From positions 1 through 12,691 of the forward strand of contig JAEORO010000245.1 of the NCBI GenBank assembly GCA_016840855.1: a DNA stretch of 12,691 bases. The letters run 5' to 3'. Source of the DNA: Candidatus Thorarchaeota archaeon (lineage in GTDB: Archaea; Asgardarchaeota; Thorarchaeia; Thorarchaeales; Thorarchaeaceae). Under the pieces are notes generated by a model. That model saw only the letters and a list, made by a program, of their open reading frames with translations, was not told the DNA's origin and did not search any database. Numbering within the stretch: position 1 is the stretch's first letter; each line of letters begins with the position of its first letter. A program made the position numbers and the translations under genes. Of this stretch, positions 7,799 to 12,691 are shown piece by piece.

Positions 7799-7825
7799 GC
7801 CATTTCAAGCCATTTTTAGCCATTT
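7799..7825. repeat. Three GCCATTT direct repeats with 10-bp period
   Basis: gccatttcaa gccattttta gccatttctg, starting at 7799, 7809 and 7819. Confidence 0.85.
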
Positions 7826-7898
7826 CTGGGAGTTTACCTTCGATAAGTATAATAATAACCTACATGTAATTACTAGATAATATATCCGCGAATGGTGC

Positions 7899-8678
7899 TT
7901 GATATTGCTCCGAAAACCACTTGAAGAGATAATTCGAGAAGAGATTGAAACAGTCAGAGCAAGAAGAATCATCCTCGACCAGCTTGAAGGAGGGCTGATG
8001 ACAGGAGCAGAACTCAGAGAAAAAATTGCTACTGATATCAAAGCACAGCTGGTGTCTGAGGGAGCTAGCAGAAAAGAGATAGAGAAGGTGAAGGTCACTA
8101 GTCCGAAACTCTATCATAATACGCAGCGACTTGAGGAACTTGGAATTATAGTCAGTTGGAAACAATCTCAATATCGCCTCTTTGAGTTGGACCCGCGAGC
8201 AATACATCCGGTTCGCAGGGCTCTTAAGATCTCAAAACCACTAATGTATATTACTTCGCTGAACAATCCTGAGGACCAGCGCCCGTTCGTTCAGTGGTTA
8301 GTGAACAATCAACACTTCAACCCGAAGAAGCTCTTGGTCTTTGTAGAAGCAAGTCAATGGACTCGTGGAGTTTCCAGAATTGTGGACCGCTTCATTCCAG
8401 ATGATGCCTTTCGGCGATGGACAACAGAATGGAGAGAAGTACCGGAAAATGTCACAAGGACAGAGGACGAGCGAGAGTATGGGAGTCTTCAGATGACTGT
8501 AGATTTCATAGAGAATGAACTTCTAAACCACATTCAGACTCATGATATTGTCTTTGACCTGACCCTTGGGCCTAGACTAATTACACTGGCGATGGCAAAG
8601 CTTGCAACTGAGTACTCCATCACCGCATTTCATGTGTCCACATATGATGCCAGCGACGCTGAGGTCAGCCATTACTGA
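7899..8678 (+). CDS. Winged-helix regulator with a C-terminal CARF-like Rossmann domain
   Basis: N-terminal wHTH (MTGAELREKI...VTSPKLYHNTQRLEELGII...YRLFEL). The C-terminal half has CARF-like strand order: LMYITSL, PKKLLVFV, IVFDLTLGPRLITLAM (cf. DxTxGxR/K), AFHV. TTG start uncertain. Confidence 0.65.
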   Translation: MILLRKPLEEIIREEIETVRARRIILDQLEGGLMTGAELREKIATDIKAQLVSEGASRKEIEKVKVTSPKLYHNTQRLEELGIIVSWKQSQYRLFELDPRAIHPVRRALKISKPLMYITSLNNPEDQRPFVQWLVNNQHFNPKKLLVFVEASQWTRGVSRIVDRFIPDDAFRRWTTEWREVPENVTRTEDEREYGSLQMTVDFIENELLNHIQTHDIVFDLTLGPRLITLAMAKLATEYSITAFHVSTYDASDAEVSHY

Positions 8679-8691
8679 GGAAAGTGATTCT

Positions 8692-9390
8692 TTGAAACAA
8701 AAAAACCCGATTCCTGCACTCTCTTGGAAGCCAATTCACATCGAGGAGAAACTCGGACACCTTTTCGACAGAGTTCAGAAAACACAGAGGCTAACGCCTG
8801 TGAATAATACAAGGCTCTTGAACAAGATGGATAGATGGATTCAAGACATGGAGTACATCCAAGACGGTCTGAAGAGAATAAGGGAAGACCTTGTGCCAGA
8901 ATTACAGAGATTGCTTGGCGTTGGTTTTGGTTCTCCCGAATTAATACAGGTTGCAATGTTTCAGCCTAGTACGAAGAACATCTTCTTGGAGTTGGAAACC
9001 CAGTACAAGGGAGATGATGACGACCCACTCGGACAAGAGGGGTTTGGAATGATGACCAACCTGAGTGAGATGGCGAAAGTCTTAGCACTGGTCGGTGATG
9101 GGGTTATATCATCTGCAGTCATTCAACATCTCTGGAGACCGCACCTAAGTAATGCTGGCGAGATTACCCTGAGGAAAGCGGAAATAGTTTCGAATGAGAA
9201 CATGGCAAAGCTCTGCGACGACTGGAATCTCTATGAATATCGCATCCATTTTGATCCTGATGTTCCAAGCAAATCAGAGATAGAGCACGACAAAGGTACA
9301 CTCATAGAGGCTATCTATGGTATTATTTACATTGAACATGAATACAAGCGCGTCGTTGATTTAGTGAAACATTTGATCAATATTCGGTAA
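8692..9390 (+). CDS. Ribonuclease III-family nuclease domain protein lacking a dsRBD (Mini-III-like)
   Basis: Motifs F..PELIQVAM, LALVGDGVI, IVSNENMAKL and GTLIEAIYGIIY; the protein ends shortly after the catalytic domain. In-frame TTG at 8692 follows GAGG/GTGA and avoids the 77-nt overlap implied by the track start at 8602. Confidence 0.75.
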   Translation: MKQKNPIPALSWKPIHIEEKLGHLFDRVQKTQRLTPVNNTRLLNKMDRWIQDMEYIQDGLKRIREDLVPELQRLLGVGFGSPELIQVAMFQPSTKNIFLELETQYKGDDDDPLGQEGFGMMTNLSEMAKVLALVGDGVISSAVIQHLWRPHLSNAGEITLRKAEIVSNENMAKLCDDWNLYEYRIHFDPDVPSKSEIEHDKGTLIEAIYGIIYIEHEYKRVVDLVKHLINIR

Positions 9391-10885
9391 GATCATATTC
9401 ATCTTCTCTATGTGAGGGAGCATCAGAAATCGGGAACGCCTTGTCAAACCGCCTCCGCACATTCTCAGCAATCTTTGAGTCTGCATATACTCGAACCGAT
9501 GGAATGGTACTTGCCTGTTGTTTCAAAATATGCATCAATGGACGACCTTCCTTGGTTTCATCAAGGCTGACAATATCAAAGCCCTGCTCACCACCTACTA
9601 ACAATGGGATTTTCCCAAGTGTCTTCTCACCAAGTGGAGGAGAGACCACGTCTATCACCACACTCCCGGGCTCATCAGAAATCTCATTTTCTGCATCGAC
9701 CAATTTTTTGATGTCATGAAGCATGTCACGAAGTAGATTTTGTGATTCACTCTCAAATGATGCAAGTGGTCGAGACAATACCACTTTGAACAATCTACGG
9801 TACCGGATTCGTGCCGCATACTCTCTAACAAAATCAATCTCAGATTCTTCTAACCATCGAAAGAGGTCTCCATCCGTCATTCTTGTGAATAGCCCTATAC
9901 ACTCATTCTTCGATAGGCGTTCTTCCTGCATGCGGAAGTATGTTGCTTTGGAAATCATCGCTTCAGCAAGCTTAACAGCATGATGAAGATAGAGATCACT
10001 GAACATCCAATTCCTACTGAGTATCAATGCCTCTAGCGAGTGGATGGCTTTTAGCATGAAAGCGCGTACGTACATGCCTTCCCGATTCTTGACCACGCGA
10101 TTTGTCAACATTACTCTCTCAGCTGGAAATATACCAAGCTGAACTCCGCTGAAGTGGGCATCTCTGATGAGATAGTCTGTCTTATCAATGTCAAGAGGAT
10201 GGTCTAGAAACTCAGAGAGAAGGCCCATAACAGGGTCTTTTGTATGCCTTCGAAAGATATTCACAACATCTTTTGGCTCAAAGTCATTCTGTAAGAGAAC
10301 ATCAGTGAGACTGCTGTTCAGTATCAAGTACGCGCCAAGATCTATATGATCAACACCAACCCATGCATCCAGCGCGTACTCTATTGTGTGGCTTGTTGGA
10401 GGATGTCCAACATCATGAAGCAACGCTGCAGTCCTGAACAATTTTTGGTGGTGCTCCTCAAGAAGCTGTGAGAATGGAACGAAGCATGCAGTATCCAAAT
10501 CATCACAATAATTCACAACGCGAATTGACTTCTGCGCGAGGAAATTCGTGCCGATACAGTGCTCGAAGCGAGTATGGGTAGCACCAGGATAAACCAGATG
10601 AGCTGGCCCCAACTGCCGCACATATCTCAAACGGAGCATCTCCCAAGTAGAGATGATGTCAAGCTCCCAAGGTTCAAGGAGTATTGCACCATGAACTGGA
10701 TCCTGAACAGCTTTTTGGCGGGTGTGTTTCTCACCCATTCTTATATAGCGATTATGCTCTGTGATTGCCTTCTGAATCTGTTCCCAGTCAGCTCCTTTCT
10801 GTTCACGAGCAGTCTCTATCTGAGCTTCCCGAAATCCAGTCAAGCGGATGAGCTTGATTACATCATTATCGAGATCATCTGACAT
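9377..10885 (-). CDS. HD-domain phosphohydrolase, SAMHD1/COG1078-like (putative dNTP triphosphohydrolase)
   Basis: Motifs DPVHG, RLRYVRQLG...VYPGATHTRFEHCIG, LLHDVGH.P.SH..E, DIDKTDYLIRD and LYLHH. Metal ligands H-HD-D are intact. Confidence 0.9.
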   Translation of the reverse strand: MSDDLDNDVIKLIRLTGFREAQIETAREQKGADWEQIQKAITEHNRYIRMGEKHTRQKAVQDPVHGAILLEPWELDIISTWEMLRLRYVRQLGPAHLVYPGATHTRFEHCIGTNFLAQKSIRVVNYCDDLDTACFVPFSQLLEEHHQKLFRTAALLHDVGHPPTSHTIEYALDAWVGVDHIDLGAYLILNSSLTDVLLQNDFEPKDVVNIFRRHTKDPVMGLLSEFLDHPLDIDKTDYLIRDAHFSGVQLGIFPAERVMLTNRVVKNREGMYVRAFMLKAIHSLEALILSRNWMFSDLYLHHAVKLAEAMISKATYFRMQEERLSKNECIGLFTRMTDGDLFRWLEESEIDFVREYAARIRYRRLFKVVLSRPLASFESESQNLLRDMLHDIKKLVDAENEISDEPGSVVIDVVSPPLGEKTLGKIPLLVGGEQGFDIVSLDETKEGRPLMHILKQQASTIPSVRVYADSKIAENVRRRFDKAFPISDAPSHREDEYDLTEY

Positions 10886-10920
10886 AACCTAGACGCCCCA
10901 CTAACGTGACTCGGAGCCAG

Positions 10921-10928
10921 TATTTAAG
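10921..10928 (-). promoter_or_regulatory. Putative TATA box of the HD gene (CTTAAATA)
   Basis: About 36-43 nt upstream of the ATG at 10885; matches the archaeal TATA consensus. Confidence 0.5.
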
Positions 10929-10944
10929 ACATCACAATCAAAGA

Positions 10945-11490
10945 CTATCTTAAATTCCGTGACTTCTTCACACGTTCTCGAGCAGCATTATACTCAAGCG
11001 TGTTCTCTTTTTCCATTGCTCGGCAATATTCATTCGGTTGGCAGTATCCCCAACGACGCATGACATTGCATGATGTGGAACCTCGTGCTCTATAGAATGG
11101 TGCATCAATGAGATTTGTTTTTGTGAGATAATTTGTTACAGTCTTAATGCTCTTCTTAGCAAAAGCCATTCTTATACACGGAGGCGCACGTTCCACTGTC
11201 TTCCACTGAACTATCTTAAACAGCTTATACCACAGTAGACATTTCTTAGCCACATAAAGGAAATCACATTTCAGACAAGTCTTGGTTTGAATTGAGAGTT
11301 CGCATAGCTCATCGCGACTCTGTTTTGCAAGACCTGAACCTCTGAGGAGATGGAACTTGATTTGGACAAAGAGCTCAGGAGTGAATGATCCAAACTCCTG
11401 TATGAATTGTCGCAATTCTTGTGCGACTATTTCTGAATTCTCAGTCCAGAGTGTTTTATCCAGATTTGGACTGCTAGTTTCATCTCTCAT
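10945..11490 (-). CDS. Small Cys-rich protein resembling the primase large subunit (PriL) C-terminal Fe-S domain
   Basis: APPCIR...SCNVMRRWGYC.PNEYC....NTLEY resembles the PriL pattern PPC...SC..m...g.C....C...NPL.Y. Only 181 aa. Confidence 0.6.
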   Translation of the reverse strand: MRDETSSPNLDKTLWTENSEIVAQELRQFIQEFGSFTPELFVQIKFHLLRGSGLAKQSRDELCELSIQTKTCLKCDFLYVAKKCLLWYKLFKIVQWKTVERAPPCIRMAFAKKSIKTVTNYLTKTNLIDAPFYRARGSTSCNVMRRWGYCQPNEYCRAMEKENTLEYNAARERVKKSRNLR

Positions 11491-11564
11491 AGCATACTCT
11501 CATGTAGTAAAGGTAGTCTTAAGCACATCAGTTCATCATCTTGGATACTTCTTCGAACTATTGA

Positions 11565-11849
11565 TCATATCCAATAGGTGGTTGATTTTGTAGCCCCATC
11601 AGTTAAGGCATCTTCAATTCTTGTTCTTGATTCAGGTGATAATTCCACTTCAGATCGCGAGCAGTATTCATACGTATCATCTACTTCTTCAGGCTCAGGG
11701 ATGGAGGGCACGCGCAGGTTCGGGTCTGCAATCACTGCGATGTCGTGGATGCGCATGTCCAACAGGGGTTTATTGCCATACCGCAGGCCCTCGATTATTA
11801 CCGTCCGTACTACCCTGGAGGCGTTGTACACCGACCTCACTAGGTACAA
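11565..11849 (-). CDS. Hypothetical protein
   Basis: Co-oriented with its neighbours, fills the gap and has protein-like composition. TTG/GTG start uncertain; no recognisable motif. Confidence 0.45.
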   Translation of the reverse strand: MYLVRSVYNASRVVRTVIIEGLRYGNKPLLDMRIHDIAVIADPNLRVPSIPEPEEVDDTYEYCSRSEVELSPESRTRIEDALTDGATKSTTYWI

Positions 11850-11882
11850 GCTTGATGTCTTTCCACGATTTTACCAAATATC

Positions 11883-12461
11883 TCATATTGAATCGCTATT
11901 GATTGTTGAAAGCTTTTGTCTAGCAATCTCACCGAGTTGGTCATCACGAGAGGAAAGGTATTCAAGAAATCCTCGTTCAGTTGCACCGGGAAACTTGGAG
12001 TGCTTTGTATTTATGAATGAGATTGCCACTTCCAAGCCCCTCTCTGGATCCTCATCACACTCGGCATTTGAGGCTGCAACATCGTAGATTCCTTTTGCAT
12101 GTCTCACATCGAGACCTAATCGCTGGTATCGTACCACGTTAATTATCGGTACGGAAATCATGAAAATCACCCCTACGACCATCCTCTCAATCATTGTTGG
12201 CCAGACCTCTATCAGGAAGGGGTGTTGGCTTTCCTCGATGAAGAGCGGAAGACCAATAGTGAAGAGAAAAGCCACGAGCTCATAGAGGGCCAAATTGATA
12301 TCAGGGGAAGTAACAATCCTAGTAATTCTGTGGTGAGGAGAACTCTCTCCGTGAAACCCAACATATATTTCCAGAAACACTAGTACAATGAACAGTGTTA
12401 ATGCTCCGAACAATAAAGATAGACCAATCATAATCATCACATCATCTCTACCATCCCGCAA
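11883..12461 (-). CDS. Hypothetical membrane protein (about 3 TM plus soluble C-terminus)
   Basis: Three hydrophobic segments. The true start is probably a GTG/ATG 7-10 codons downstream of the track's TTG. Confidence 0.65.
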   Translation of the reverse strand: MRDGRDDVMIMIGLSLLFGALTLFIVLVFLEIYVGFHGESSPHHRITRIVTSPDINLALYELVAFLFTIGLPLFIEESQHPFLIEVWPTMIERMVVGVIFMISVPIINVVRYQRLGLDVRHAKGIYDVAASNAECDEDPERGLEVAISFINTKHSKFPGATERGFLEYLSSRDDQLGEIARQKLSTINSDSI

Positions 12462-12583
12462 CCCAGAACTCGTATACTCTCACTGTCATGCGTGGTCATC
12501 CCGAAGATGTTGGCTTCCTCAGCCAATAATCCTGATTAGAATATACGCCCACTCTCCTTAATTATATGGATTCTATTTACTCG

Positions 12584-12691
12584 TTCATATCATCTTCCAT
12601 GGAAACAGGTTCGAAACTAGTCATGGATTCTATTCTGAAAGGCAATGTCAAAGATAAAAACCACATCAAGAACAACCATGGTAATGACATC
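12584..12691 (-). CDS. Possible 3' end of a membrane-protein gene truncated by the window edge
   Basis: Two - strand frames are open from the edge and hydrophobic (...VVLDVVFIFDIAFQNRIHD* and ...LPWLFLMWFLSLTLPF...MEDDI*). The frame cannot be chosen. Confidence 0.25.

Noticed and set aside
7594-8207. Short ORFs 7594-7869 (+), 7805-8098 (-) and 7860-8207 (-)
   Set aside because: They overlap the regulatory region or are antisense to a well-supported gene, and show no motifs.
8602-8691. N-terminal extension of the RNase III-like ORF overlapping the CARF-like gene (possible frameshift fusion)
   Set aside because: The extension is not protein-like, there is no obvious slippery site, and an SD-preceded TTG at 8692 explains the gene without overlap.
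171-12087. Remaining shadow ORFs in the track (e.g. 771-1010, 2341-2679, 5317-5652, 6504-6785, 9441-9983, 10559-10882, 11578-12087)
   Set aside because: They are antisense or out-of-frame within stronger genes, with Ser-rich antisense-type composition and no recognisable domains.

Overview
Archaeal-style window, most likely from an Asgard archaeon. This is inferred from a full-length Lokiactin-type actin, archaeal TATA/SD signals and intronless, densely packed genes. The left 4 kb is a patchwork of accessory genes: an ArsB/NhaD/SLC13-type permease, a tandem GNAT, a DUF998-like protein and small membrane proteins. The most striking structure is a ~2.4 kb AT-rich cassette (CocE/NonD-type serine hydrolase, divergent wHTH regulator and a doubled ATGTTAA-N16-TTAACAT operator). 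It is bracketed by a 54/55-bp direct repeat made of the last 11 codons, stop and 3' UTR of the actin gene. This looks like an island integrated into the 3' end of actin, with no integrase in view. Each repeat copy runs into its own differently sequenced terminator hairpin, and the distal copy lacks one base of the actin stop codon. Divergent from actin are a wHTH protein with a C-terminal CARF-like domain and a Mini-III-like RNase III. These converge on a SAMHD1/COG1078-like HD phosphohydrolase and a small protein resembling the primase large-subunit Fe-S domain. All family calls come from motifs read by eye; no searches were run.
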